Positions 9,933 through 21,577 of a DNA stretch of 64,000 bases are shown here, piece after piece. The notes under the pieces are model-generated. The model saw only the letters and a program-made list of their open reading frames with translations, was not told the origin of the DNA and did not search any database. Positions within the stretch are counted from its first letter, which is position 1. Each line of letters opens with the position of its first letter. Source of the DNA: Minutocellus sp. GHC0000111 (taxonomy: Eukaryota); NCBI GenBank assembly GCA_977018835.1, contig OZ361256.1:2542001-2606000 (forward strand). The letters run 5' to 3'. A program made the translations under genes and the position numbers.

Positions 9933-11975
9933 ATGAATCGGCTCAACCTCGTCGGCAGGATTCAGCGGTCGTCCCGGCCGTCGTCCAAGAAGCTGGGCGG
10001 CGGTCGCAGCGACGACGACAAGGTTTCCGACCTGGCACAAACGCGGACCGATGCTGCTTCTGATTCCACGGCGAACGGCCCGGACGGCACAAAAAGTGCC
10101 GGCGGCATCAGCACCGTGCTCCGGGGTGCCCATCATCTGCGCCGCCGCCGTTCGTCCAGGAAAAGCCTGGGCAGCACCGGAAGCATGGACAGCGCCCGGA
10201 GCCTGGCCTTTGCGGACATGGCCGCTACTGCCGCCCCGGACGGGCAGAACGGCAGCCGCCTTCCAGGCGAGCAGGAGGGGAGTTGGTCGGGCGTCAACCG
10301 TCGTCTTGCCCAGCACTCTCGCCGCAGCGTCCCCGGCCGAAGGAACAGCGTCGGCCGCTCGGCCTCCATGGAGATCAAGCGAGATGCCCTCCGGCAGCTG
10401 CAGGAAAGCGAGGCACTCTTCGAGAACTTTTGCCACGATCCCAACTTTCCCCAGGAGTGGGGCAGAGAGGAAAAGGGTGGACATACGCATCAGGATGTCA
10501 TTGACAACGCCTTGGTGCATTCGGCCGGCAGTCACATCTTGCACCCGAATGCCACCGGCAGCAACAGCGCCTCCTCGTCGTCCTCCGACGGCGCCATCGG
10601 AGATGCCTACTGGCACCGGCTGGCCGTCCGCTCGTCGACGCCGGACACGCCGCCCAACGAGCTGGTCCGCCGGTCGGCATTCCTCCTCATGAGCTCCCTC
10701 ACCTGCGGGGCCGGCCTGGTGTGGGCCCTCATGTACGCCGCCCTCGGGGAACCCGTCGCCGCCGCATTTCCCACGGCCTACTCCGTCCTCATGACGGTGT
10801 GCTTCCTGTGCCTCACCACCGAGGGACGGTACCACCAAATCGTCTTCGTCCAGCTCCTCCTCATCCTCCTCCTGCCCGTGTGCCTCCAGCTGAGCGTCGG
10901 CGGCATCGTCCGGGGCGGGGCCGTCATGATCTGGTCCTTCCTGTGTCCCCTCGGTGCGGCGCTGTTTTGCTCCTCGCACACCGCCAAGAGGTGGTTCGGC
11001 GTGTACTTTCTGTGCATGGTCGGTGCCCTCCTTCACGAGCTGTGCTCCATCTGTCCCTTCCGTACGTCCTACCATGCCAAGCCGGTGCCCCTGGGCAATC
11101 TCGAGGTGGGAATGTTCATTATGAACATCTGTGGGGCCATGACCATTACCTTTCTGGGCGCACTCTTCTTCAGCATGAAGCTCGACGAGGAATTCCACCG
11201 CTCCGAGGAGTTGCTGTACAACATCCTCCCCCGGAGCATCGCCAAGCGGCTCAAGGGTGGCGAAAATCACATCGTGGAGAACTTCGAGGCCGTCACCATC
11301 CTGTTCGCCGATCTCGTCGGCTTTACGAAGGCCAGTTCCGAGTTGAATGCTAACTTTTTGATCGGCCTGGTGCTGAGAGATGAATTTATTGCCTGGGATG
11401 CGCTGTGCGAGAAGCGATCCATCGAAAAGATCAAGACCATTGGCGACGCTTACATGTGCGTCGGTGGTCTGGAGGCTACTACGGAGAGCAAGTCCGTTCT
11501 CAATGGTGGACGTGAGGGGCGGGTCGTGGCGCATGAGATGGTGATACTGGGCTTGGAGATGAAAAAGGCCCTCGACAAGGTCAATCGCAAGTACGGCACT
11601 ACCTTTGAGGTTCGCATCGGTCTGCATTCCGGACCGTGCATCGCCGGAGTCATTGGCGTGAAAAAATTCGCCTAGGACGTGTGGGGCGACGCTGTCAATA
11701 CGGCCTCGAGAATGGAGAGCCACGGCGTACCGGGTGAGATTCACATCTCGTCGGACACGTACAACAAGATCAAGCATTTGTCCTATCTCAAATTCAAATG
11801 CTGCGGCGAGATACACGTCAAGGGCAAGGGTCTGATGGTAACCTACCTCGCACGAAGGAGCGAAAAATTCAGGGATGATTCGATATCGAAACTCGCCTAT
11901 GAGTCATCACCCGAATCGTCCACGCACCTGTGTTCGTTGACTTCGGATTCCGAATCCAGAGAAGAGGAAATCTAA
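9933..11975 (+). pseudogene. Multi-TM class III adenylyl cyclase interrupted by an in-frame TAG at 11673-11675
   Basis: About six TM segments, then VTILFADLVGFT, EKIKTIGDAYM, RIGLHSGP..AGVIG.KKFA*DVWGDAVNTASRMES. The TAG sits where Tyr (YDVWG) is expected and the frame continues to 11975. Confidence 0.8.
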
Positions 11976-12131
11976 TCGAGAGACTAAGAGGCCTCTTAAG
12001 ATGCTGGAATAGCATCAAACGCCAAGGGAAGCTTTCAAGATGCCCTATAGAGCTTATCCCATGTGATCGTCTTTTGTAAACTATACATATGTAAAATGCA
12101 TTGTTTAAAATTCAATTGTGTGGATACATAC

Positions 12132-15123
12132 TCAACAATGTGGCTCCGTTCGATTTTCATCAGGTTTTATCATGCAAATGTCAGTGTAGCCACATTCCCA
12201 TCTTCCGGATCGGCAATCACAATTGGAACTCACCCTACGACTCTTAACACAGCATCCTGCCTCCTCATAGCACGATAGCCCTTCATTGGGACATTCACCG
12301 GTGAATGGCCCATTGCCCGGGCACCCGTCATCAGTAGGAAGCAATTTGACGTCGCTAATAGTAAAAGAGATGCGTTCACCCTCGCGCTCGCCCGATATAA
12401 ACGAGAGGGAAACACTCGTCGGATTGCCCTGTTGCGAGTTGTAGACAACATTGGGTGTTACTCCTTGTCCAACTTTCAATGTATCGATAAGCAATATGAA
12501 AGCACCCTCGATGGATTGGATTGTTCGGTTGCTTTCAATATCAACGGGTACAAGCGAGAAGCCAGAATTAAATGCACTGACCTTTTCAGGAGTTCCTCCT
12601 AAGACTGTAATAATTTGATCACGTTCGAAAAGGGACTCTTCCCGATAAGTGAAGATGTAGCTCTTGGATCCAGTGGAAGCAAGGAACGTGTCCCATTTCA
12701 CTTGATTTTTCTTGGCCTCGTCAAGTGGACTTGTAAACATAAGACCGGGTCCAGGCCCACCTATTTGTTGTGTTCTATCTGCTAGATTGCTAACTTTCAA
12801 TGATATCTCCTCATCAGCCATGCACTCGTACTTTTCGACGTATGTAGTTTCAGGGAAGCCTTTCTCGGTATTATAAGTAACTTCCAAACCAAATGCTGGC
12901 GTGGTAGAAGCCTCTTCGATGATATCAAAGATTTGGGAAATGGTTCTTATAGAAACGGACCTGGCATCCACAGACTCATTGGTGTTTATTCTCGTCGCTA
13001 CCGTGATATTGCCCATTCGGACGGACACTCGAAAAGGACCTTGGCGAGTGTTTGGAGGACAGAAGCAGCTTCGGGTTAGGGTAAAATCGTAGTCTTGTAG
13101 GTCGTCGAATTTGAGCTTATTTGTGGAAAGGGCTGATAATGCATCAGTCACATTGAAGCTCGGTTTTGGGTTAAAGCAGTCGTCTTGTGATATTTCACTC
13201 TCTTCTGATGCAGGGATAGTTTGAAGGTCACTGGCAAGGTAGGTTACTTCATCATCATACAAGCACGATGGTGTCGACATAAATTCTTTCAGGGTAACCA
13301 ATAGCATTATAAGTGACTTCTAGGCCCGAAGCCGGCCTGGCAATAGCATCCTCGATGATGGTATAAAGGTCAGAGATGGTTTGGATTGAATATTTCTCCG
13401 GATCGACTGATGAGTTGGTATTTTTGTTGGTGGCTGAGGTGATATTACCATCGCGAACAGACACGAAATAGGGCTCTTTCTGATCAGGAGGCATGAAAAT
13501 CCTTGAAATCGAGTACGTAAAGTCGTAGCTGTTGAGGTCACCAAACTTCAACTTGTTACTGGCAAGGTTAGCTTGGGCCTCGTTGATGTCGTATGTCGAC
13601 TCATCACAGTCGTTGCCTGGCCCTCCGCCACCTCCTAAAAATCCAGAATCGGTAATCTTCTCCAGAGCACTGACAGTATAAGATGTCTCTTCGTCGGCAA
13701 TGCATTCATTTTGATCAATGTAAAGACTTTCTGGATAACCCATCTCATCATTGTAAACAACATTCAACCCCGCAGTTGGTGTAGTGCAAGCGTCGTTGAT
13801 GAGACCGAATAGTTCGACAATGGTTGGAATGCTACGTTCGCTAAGGTCAACAGGTTGTGTCGTCCCCTCATACGTAGCGGAGGAAATTTCTCCACCGAGA
13901 ACTGTGACGATGAACGGACCACGGAATTCTTCGGGACAGAAACAGATGCGAGAGATGGTGTAGGTATAATCTTGTAGGTCGTTGAACTTGAGCTGGTTGG
14001 CACTGAGGTCGGCCAGAGCTTCATCAACGTCAAACGTGCGTTGGTTGATGGGGTCGCACGGATCGACCGGGCGAGAGAAGCGAAGGCGCTTGATCCTGAG
14101 ATCTATGTCGACGCACCGAGGACTTTCGGATGATATGTACCCCAATTGTACATTTTTTGGGTACCCGAGCTTTCGATTATAGCTGATGGCAAAGTTGTAA
14201 TACGGCCCTTCACCTACCTTCTTGAATATCTGGCTGATTTCACGAAAGACGGCCACGATCTTCGCCTTCTTCCTGGTTGACCGATAAAAGGGACTGCTCT
14301 TCTCGCTCACTTGATAGGAGTATGCTCTTTTTGCCGATGCCAGTCGCCACTTTTTCCTGGCTCGCTTCAGTTTGCGTTTCTCCTTGGCCATGTCAATGGG
14401 TAGGAAGGAATCTTGATTACATGACGAAGAAGTGGTGGCAGTGCTGATGAGATCAACTCCTTTATCGGGCGCGGTCGGTGGATTCGGGGAAACAAGTCCA
14501 ATTTCTTTTCTACCGCACTCTCCCGTCTCAGGATTGCAATATCCATCTGGATTGTCGGGTAGGGATGGCGGACACTTGGTCACGGCACTGCAGCTATTGT
14601 CCTCCTCATTGCACGAAAACACCGAGCACATATCCTTGACACCGCCATTCAGCATCTCATTACATAAAATATCGCAGTGTTCACTGCACGGGCCAAAAAG
14701 GGTATCGGCGGTAACGCTAGAAGGGCCGACCGCAATGCTATTGAACGAAACCAGCTCTCCGGCATTTGGCGGGCGCTGGCCGTATGAAGGGATTAGGAGC
14801 CCATCGCTTTCACTTCCGTCCGTTCGTGTCGTTTCGTCGTGAGTTACATCTCGATATATTCTGCTGCATACCAACGCGGGCACGGACGGTGGCGGTATGG
14901 CCTCGGTTTCAACGGGATCGTCGACACTATCTCGAGTCCGGACGTCGGTATCTCGTCCCTCGCCATCGCCGTGATCATCACGCCATCGTCGAGTTGCTGC
15001 TGCCGCCCTCCTGCGCAGGGAACGATCCGCTCCCTTCACTTCAGAACCAGTCGAGACTGCTTCCGTTCTGGTGCAAAGCAAGGAAACACCTGCCATCACA
15101 GCGAAAACGCGTCGTCCAGTCAT
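12132..15123 (-). pseudogene. Secreted protein with five DUF6174-like repeats and Cys-rich segments; frameshift near 13267
   Basis: Repeats of Y.(F/Y)T..R.CFC....GPF.V.V..G.I...TI..LF..I..A.....L.V.YN...GYPE..Y.D..EC..DEE. ORFs 13255-15162 and 12132-13307 join at IYVDTI/CLYDDEVTY if 2 nt are restored. Confidence 0.65.
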
Positions 15124-15408
15124 TGTCCTGCATAGGGTTAGTGTTTTCGAGCTGTAAGTCAATTCGAGTTGTTCGGGGCGTTCTACTCAATCTCTGCTGC
15201 TCTGCCTCTCAACTCGATAAGCACTCGGGACTGTCGCCTCACGCCTTTGGTTCTTCACTTTTGCCCTCGAGTCCTCCGGGTTCGCAAGAATGTGCGAACC
15301 TTACCAAAGGCCGGCTTGCTCGCGCGATTCTCAACTCTCGCTCGATCTCGGCTCTGCATGGCTGGCTGGCTCGGCTTCCTCTGCTCAGGCGGCCAGAGAG
15401 CCCGAGCC

Positions 15409-16686
15409 ATGCTGCAGAGAGAGCAAAGCCCGAGGGGACTCAGGGACGAGGGGATGACGACGACGCGAAATGAGGCGGCCGTAACTCGCCGGAGGAATAG
15501 TCAAGGCCTTCGAAGTAGTCCCTATTTCGACACGTCGGAGCGACGGAACCAATGTCCACCATGCTCATCTCTTGCTCAATCCAGCACGAGAACTGCCGGC
15601 AGCCGAAGCCGGCACTTTGCATCGGCCACGTCACCTGCCGTCCAGTCGGTGATGACCATGACTTCCTTTGTCGATGCGTTGGGTGGTCGCCGGGGTAAAG
15701 TGACATCTACATTCATGTCATGCTCGGTCTTTTCCGAGCGATACGACAAGAGCAATCGTAACGTTGAACATGCATGCCGTCACCTGTGCTCCCGTGGATG
15801 CTTCTACTGGTCCTACGCACCAGCCAGAGAATGGCACAGTCTTCGTGAGGCAGTTCGGTCCATCAGCGGTACGTCGCCCGACCGGATCCTTGATAGATGG
15901 CGGTGCATCTTAGCAGCTGATACTGGCGGCGTTTTCCGAGTGCAATTCATTTCACCAGACGGCAACGCATTTGACAACGCGGCGGAGGTTTTGAAGGCAT
16001 TGAATTGTTCATCTGGTGTTCGCAGCGTCAAGAGTAGTCGGATATCGGCAACGTCGAGAGCAGCTGTTCGGGCCTCAACAAAGTTAATGAAACGGAAAAG
16101 ATCGGAAACGAAAAATGCATCGACATTGACAATCGCGCCGCCTGTTCTTCCTCGTCAGAAATCATCGGGCCTCTTTGATACTGGGAACGTAGCCTCATGC
16201 ACCAATGATAAGGCGTGGTCGCCATTTGGTCTTCTCGAGGAATTGTTTGTGGATGATCCATGGAAACTACTTCTGTCTACAATACTTCTAAATCGAACGA
16301 CTCGCCGACAAGTGGATTCTGTTTTGTACAAATTTCTTGAAGTGTGGCCGACTGCGGAAGACGCTGCAAATGCCGATGTGGCAGAAATACTGCGTGTCGT
16401 GACTCCACTCGGGATCAAGTACCGACGAAGTGCTGGGATTATTCGATTTTCCAAAGAGTATATCGAGCTGATAAAATCCAAACGCAGCCGCCACTTTGCT
16501 GCAGATGCGGATGGTAATGAAACTGATCCTGCGTTTACTCTTGAAGACAACGATGTGCTGAATCTTCATGGCTGCGGTCGATACGCTCTCTCCGCATACC
16601 GAATTTTCATTCTGGGTGATTTAGATTGTTCGGTTCATGATCATGCACTTCATTACTATGTAGACTATAGACGGTCTATTGCGTAA
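15409..16686 (+). CDS. MBD4: MBD4-like HhH-GPD mismatch DNA glycosylase (start codon uncertain, 15409 or 15454)
   Basis: SPFGLLEELFVDDPWKLLLSTILLNRT, LHGCGRYALSAYRIF and HDHAL match the MBD4 glycosylase domain; upstream W...FISPDGNAF resembles a degenerate MBD. Confidence 0.8.
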   Translation: MLQREQSPRGLRDEGMTTTRNEAAVTRRRNSQGLRSSPYFDTSERRNQCPPCSSLAQSSTRTAGSRSRHFASATSPAVQSVMTMTSFVDALGGRRGKVTSTFMSCSVFSERYDKSNRNVEHACRHLCSRGCFYWSYAPAREWHSLREAVRSISGTSPDRILDRWRCILAADTGGVFRVQFISPDGNAFDNAAEVLKALNCSSGVRSVKSSRISATSRAAVRASTKLMKRKRSETKNASTLTIAPPVLPRQKSSGLFDTGNVASCTNDKAWSPFGLLEELFVDDPWKLLLSTILLNRTTRRQVDSVLYKFLEVWPTAEDAANADVAEILRVVTPLGIKYRRSAGIIRFSKEYIELIKSKRSRHFAADADGNETDPAFTLEDNDVLNLHGCGRYALSAYRIFILGDLDCSVHDHALHYYVDYRRSIA

Positions 16687-16746
16687 GTGAACCCTCTAGC
16701 GACTCTCTATAATTAGCATGTCAACTATATACATAGCTACCTAGCT

Positions 16747-17496
16747 CTAGTAAAGCGGCCCAAGGACCAGCCTTGGGTCGGGATATTCGACCAATGCTTT
16801 GGGCCGATCAGCGGTGGAAACCACACCGGGCATATCGTGCGTCGGGGGAGGATTTGTGCTCAGTTGAAAGTGCACGTGGGGATCATACCAGCCCCCATTG
16901 TCTTTGAGATCACCCATCTTTCCAATGACTTGGCCCTTCTTGATGCGCTTGCCTGGCTTCTTCCCCCGAATGCTTCCGGCATCCAAGTGGCCGTAGAGAG
17001 CGTAGACTTTTGAGGCGGGCAAATCTTCACCATCCTCTGACGGGCTTGGTGATACAGATGCTGGCAGCTCATGCTCCACAACAATGACATGACCATAATC
17101 GCCCCATTCCGGATTGTGCCCAGCACTGTGGACAACACCATCGGCAAAGGCATGGACCTTGGTACCCACAGGTCCGCCAATGTCAATGCCCACATGGACC
17201 GTTCGGGCATCGCTGCCGTTGGAGGCATCAAAGAGATCGGAGCTGTACATGTTCCGCCGGTCCTCGTCGAACCGTCCCACCGTAAATGGAATGGTCATTT
17301 TGGACTTTTTGCGGTCCTTCATCAGTCTCGTCCATTGATCCGGCGGAATCAACGATCCAGGTGCTGGTCGACCAGATCCACCTTCGGCGTCCGCATTGGC
17401 ATCATCATCTGGCTGACGTTTGGTAAAGTCCATCACTTTGTAGGGATCCGACTTGGTCTTGTCAAACACAACGACGTGGTGAAAACCCTTCCTCAT
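16747..17496 (-). CDS. Peptidase M23 (LytM-type) family protein; start uncertain
   Basis: HVGID (HxxxD), YGHVIVVEH, YALYGHL, KKGQVIG and NGGWYDPHVHFQ (HxH) motifs. Confidence 0.8.
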   Translation of the reverse strand: MRKGFHHVVVFDKTKSDPYKVMDFTKRQPDDDANADAEGGSGRPAPGSLIPPDQWTRLMKDRKKSKMTIPFTVGRFDEDRRNMYSSDLFDASNGSDARTVHVGIDIGGPVGTKVHAFADGVVHSAGHNPEWGDYGHVIVVEHELPASVSPSPSEDGEDLPASKVYALYGHLDAGSIRGKKPGKRIKKGQVIGKMGDLKDNGGWYDPHVHFQLSTNPPPTHDMPGVVSTADRPKALVEYPDPRLVLGPLY

Positions 17497-17757
17497 CTCC
17501 TCGGTCCTCCCCTTCCTGCTTTGCGCTTCTTGGCCATGATTTCTGCAGGGATGTTGGTTACGCAGCAGATTCAGCGGATACGCAAACAAACACACAAGGC
17601 CAGAGAGTGTGCTGAAATCGAAAAATGACGAAAAATGATGAGGCGCTCTGTGCGTCGTACGGAAGATACCGACTGCCCGACGATGGGACGACTCGACTCA
17701 TCTGCCCTGGACCTGGTACTAGTAGCCTGGCAGCAAATACACCGCCCTGCTCAAGCG

Positions 17758-20091
17758 ATGGGACAGCAGCCGCGTTATTACGCCCGATCGCTCGTATCTT
17801 GGGTCTCAGTAGCATTTGCAGCATATCTCGCACTTTGCGCCGAGCCGATTCAAGCCTTTGGCTTTGCATCTGCCACCTCATCAGCAGGAGCATCCCGGGC
17901 TGGCCACCGGTCGTCCTCCTCTTCCCTGTCGTTGTCATCAAACGAAGACGGCCCTGTCAACGGAGAGGCAAGCAGCGACAATCTCAAGCCTCGGACTGGT
18001 TGGACGCACAATCAGCCCGGCAAGGATTCCGACTTTTGGCGTGCCGGTAACGACGCTTCTGCAGCCTCATCGCAGCAAGCATCGGATCAAGATATCGCAG
18101 CCGCCAGCAGCGCCGCCGGCGGTGAAGACGAAGAGCCCCGAACCGGCTGGCTGCACAACGTCAAGTCCAAGGCCACGCTAGCCCAGGAGGCCAAGCAGCA
18201 GCAACAGCAAAAACAAGGCACTGCAACAGGCGCACCTACCTCCCCAACTTCGGGCGAATCCGACGCACGCAAACTTTTGAGACGAGAGATGGAGAAGAAG
18301 GCCCGGAATCATCGCATCCTCGCCCCACCGACGTTTCATGCCGTCGGCGATAAGAGGGTGGTGGTGACCGAGCACAAGATCGCCGTGCCGCTCAAGCGTC
18401 CTGGGGTGGATCTGCAGTTTGCAGATGCTGCTACTACTAGTAGTTCTGACCTAGACCTACTCCCTGGCATTAGTGCAGGAGCATCAGCAGGTCCCACCAT
18501 AGACGTATTCTTCACAGTGTTTGAAGCCATCGAGAATGATGATGACGAGCGATTCTTTGCCCAAACGCTCGGTCTGGCAGATTCGCCCAAGACGGGTACC
18601 TATCGACAGACCGAACGGGCCGATCTGTACGTGTCGCATGCCAAGCTCGACGATGCCGATGGTATGATCCTCTACCTGCAGGGTGGACCTGGATTCGGTG
18701 CGCCGGCACCCATTGTGGGGTTGGGACTCGGCGAGAAGGGCAGCTGGGCCGCCGAGGCACTTGGCAAGGGATGCAAGCGGGTGGTGTTGATGGATCAGCG
18801 GGGTACCGGTCGGTCCACTCCCATTACTAAGCAGACCCTGCAGAAACGTTTCCCGGATTTGTTTGCCCTGGATGATATTGCGGCAGTGACGGAGAACGAT
18901 GCCGACCTTGTGACGAGCACTGGTGCTGGCTTTGCCACCATTGCCGAACAGTTAGACCGATGGGAGGCGATGAATCCCGACTTGGCTGCCAAAGTGGGCG
19001 TGGGCATTGGTCAGGCGGCCGACTACATGGCATGCTTCCGGGCCGATAACATCGTAATGGATGCCGAAGATGTCAAGACGGCGCTGCTCATGCCCACCGA
19101 TGACAAGAGCACTCCTCGACCGTGGGGTGCTGCTCTCGGTCAGTCCTTTGGTGGTTTCTGTATGATGTCCTATCTTTCTTTGATTCCGAATCCGCCCAAA
19201 GTGTGTCTCTTGACGGGTGGAATTGCCCCGATGCTGACACCAGCTTGCGATGCGTACACTCGCCTCTGGGATAGGGTCAAGGAGAGGAATCTTCAGTATT
19301 ATGATATGTACCCCGGTGACATAGCACTTTTCAAGCGCATCGTGAAACGATTGCTGGAAGAACCGGCCACATTACCCTCTGGTGGAAAGCTTACGGCCCG
19401 AAGATTCCTTCAGCTTGGTCTTGGTTTGGGCGGTTCGCCGTCAGCCTTTGCTTCCATGCATTCCCTTCTTGCATCTGCATTTCTGGACGAGGGCGGAAGC
19501 GATGAGTTCACCAAGGCCTTCCTCGAGAGGATCGACAGTGACCAGTCCTTTGATGACCATCCCATCTACTTCCTAATGCATGAGAGTATCTATGCTGATG
19601 GTCCCTCCCAATCACCGACCGAGTGGGCGGCCCATCGTGCCTACCTGGATTTGACCAGAACTCCATCGGAATTTAGCTACGAACTCACGGCAGGTCTTGA
19701 CAATGACAAGCGACCCACCCTCTTCTCCGGTGAGATGGTCTTTCCTTGGATGGCAGATGGTGATTTCGCCGAGCTGTCGGGATTCGGTATGAGAGCCCTG
19801 GCACAGTCATTGGCCTGCAAGGATGACTGGACTCCCCTGTACAATAAGGAGAATATGCGTCGAGCTCTGGCCCCCGGCGGCCCGTGCAAGGCCGCCGCTG
19901 CGGTCTATTTTGATGACATGTACGTTGATTTCGACTGCTCTATGATGGTCGCGGCTCGAGGTGGTCCCTTAGAACACTGCAAAATTTTTGTGACAAACGA
20001 ATATCAACACTCCGGCCTGCGTGACGATGGCGCCAATATCTTCGTAAAGCTCCTCGGCATGGCCAAGGGCAGCGTTAGGACTCCAAGTTAA
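17758..20091 (+). CDS. Proline iminopeptidase (S33, alpha/beta-hydrolase), probably plastid-targeted
   Basis: YLQGGPGF, LMDQRGTGRSTP, FRADNIV.DAE, GQSFGG nucleophile, DDMYVD and NEYQHSGLR; signal peptide ending IQA-F. Confidence 0.85.
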   Translation: MGQQPRYYARSLVSWVSVAFAAYLALCAEPIQAFGFASATSSAGASRAGHRSSSSSLSLSSNEDGPVNGEASSDNLKPRTGWTHNQPGKDSDFWRAGNDASAASSQQASDQDIAAASSAAGGEDEEPRTGWLHNVKSKATLAQEAKQQQQQKQGTATGAPTSPTSGESDARKLLRREMEKKARNHRILAPPTFHAVGDKRVVVTEHKIAVPLKRPGVDLQFADAATTSSSDLDLLPGISAGASAGPTIDVFFTVFEAIENDDDERFFAQTLGLADSPKTGTYRQTERADLYVSHAKLDDADGMILYLQGGPGFGAPAPIVGLGLGEKGSWAAEALGKGCKRVVLMDQRGTGRSTPITKQTLQKRFPDLFALDDIAAVTENDADLVTSTGAGFATIAEQLDRWEAMNPDLAAKVGVGIGQAADYMACFRADNIVMDAEDVKTALLMPTDDKSTPRPWGAALGQSFGGFCMMSYLSLIPNPPKVCLLTGGIAPMLTPACDAYTRLWDRVKERNLQYYDMYPGDIALFKRIVKRLLEEPATLPSGGKLTARRFLQLGLGLGGSPSAFASMHSLLASAFLDEGGSDEFTKAFLERIDSDQSFDDHPIYFLMHESIYADGPSQSPTEWAAHRAYLDLTRTPSEFSYELTAGLDNDKRPTLFSGEMVFPWMADGDFAELSGFGMRALAQSLACKDDWTPLYNKENMRRALAPGGPCKAAAAVYFDDMYVDFDCSMMVAARGGPLEHCKIFVTNEYQHSGLRDDGANIFVKLLGMAKGSVRTPS

Positions 20092-20230
20092 GCAGAATGA
20101 TATTACGTGGTAGTGCACTTTCTTTTTCATTGAGTGTGTATGCAATTATGATAGTTTTATCATCTACGGTAGCCTACTCATACAACTATATATTAACTCT
20201 TTTGACCAAGTTAACCCTCAAACAAAATAT

Positions 20231-21301
20231 CTATGCGGTGGCCTCGGCGGCAGCAGCCTCGGGCTCCTTCTTGAGCGGCCCACCCGTCGTCAATCGGATA
20301 CCGACCAAACGGTTCTCGGCATCGATCTTTACCACCTCGGCACCAACACCCGGTCCGAAGAAGGTCTCGTACTTTTGCCGACGGCGCTCATCGGCCCACA
20401 TCTTGTAGGGGGTGTCCAAACTCTGCCACACCATGGTAAAGGCAAGCTCCCCCTCTTCGGTCTTTTCCTCTCGCAATTCCTGCAGCTGGGGGTAGGCCTT
20501 GCCGGGCACGACCAAACCGAGCTTCTTCACGGTGGTGTCCAAATGTGCCTCGTCACCATATCGGTGACGGGTGACGTCCTGCTTGATCTTCTTGATGGTT
20601 TCGGTACCCTTGGCCTCCGCGACGGCCTCGGCACCGGGCTGAGTGAAGCACGGGACGGGATCGATCTCGGCATACTTAAGTGCGGCGCCGGCCAAAAAGA
20701 TGGGAATACCGTACACGAAACCCAGACCGGACACGTTGAGACCCTCGGAACCGGAATCACTCAGATATTCGCCAAAGGACAGGACGGTGATGAGGACACC
20801 TGCAAAAATAACGACGTTGCCCAGCGAAAAGCCACGGATCTCGAACGGAGGCTCGCCGGCATTGTTCACGCCGGCACCACCGATCATGGCACTCTTGGGT
20901 GCGGCCCAGCCCTCGTCCTGTAGCAGGCGGGCAATGTGAAATGAGTTGAATTGAGCAATTGCAATTATGTGAGAAGGAATGTGTTCTTTGCCATTGCATG
21001 TATGTGTCTTGCACTCTGAAAGCAAAAAACAGCACAAGATGTGCATCAAAGTGCAGTAGCCAAGATGTGGCCATCCCAAGCCCCGATCACACTAGCTTGC
21101 TGCGAAAGTTATGCAGCATCAGCAAATAGAGTAACCCACCTCATCGGACATGAAGAGCTTGGTGGCGGCGGGAAAAGAAGCGACTCCGGCAGCGGCGGCG
21201 GTCTTGTGGACCTGGCTGACGGCGGGAGCAAAGGCCACGGCCGACGGAGCGGCGGCAAGGGCCGCGACGGCGGAGGCGAAGATGGCGGCAGAAAACTTCA
21301 T
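20231..21301 (-). CDS. APE1: APE1/DUF2854 (slr0575-like) thylakoid protein; exons 21301-21140 and 20917-20231
   Basis: Bipartite presequence (AVA-FAP); GT..AG intron 21139-20918; GFVYGIPIFLAGAALKYAE, DVTRHRYGDEAHLD and FFGPGV motifs. Confidence 0.85.
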
Positions 21302-21577
21302 TGTTCTATTATATATTGATGGGTCGTCGCTATTGATTATGAGCTGTCAAGGGGCCCGGCCGTCGATGCAGTCAGCAGTCAGACGATCTGGCGGTTCATG
21401 ATGAGCTGGAAAAACCACGTCATTGCCTCAAATGTGTCAGATCGCGTCGTGATGGCGCCTTTTCTCGCCAGCCATCACTCCACTGACTCAAAAGCAATCC
21501 GCAATGATCTGGTCCAAGTCAGGATCCATAATTATTAGATTAGTGCACCATAAACTGCACAGCAAGAAGGAATAATA

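Noticed and set aside
9777..11816. 679-aa antisense ORF over the cyclase, and similar long shadow ORFs elsewhere
   Set aside because: Expected mirror of GC3-rich coding sequence; no motifs.
17497..17538. Upstream ATG (MAKKRKAG..) as a frameshifted true start of the M23 gene
   Set aside because: Plausible, but cannot be decided without homologues or cDNA; not counted as a lesion.
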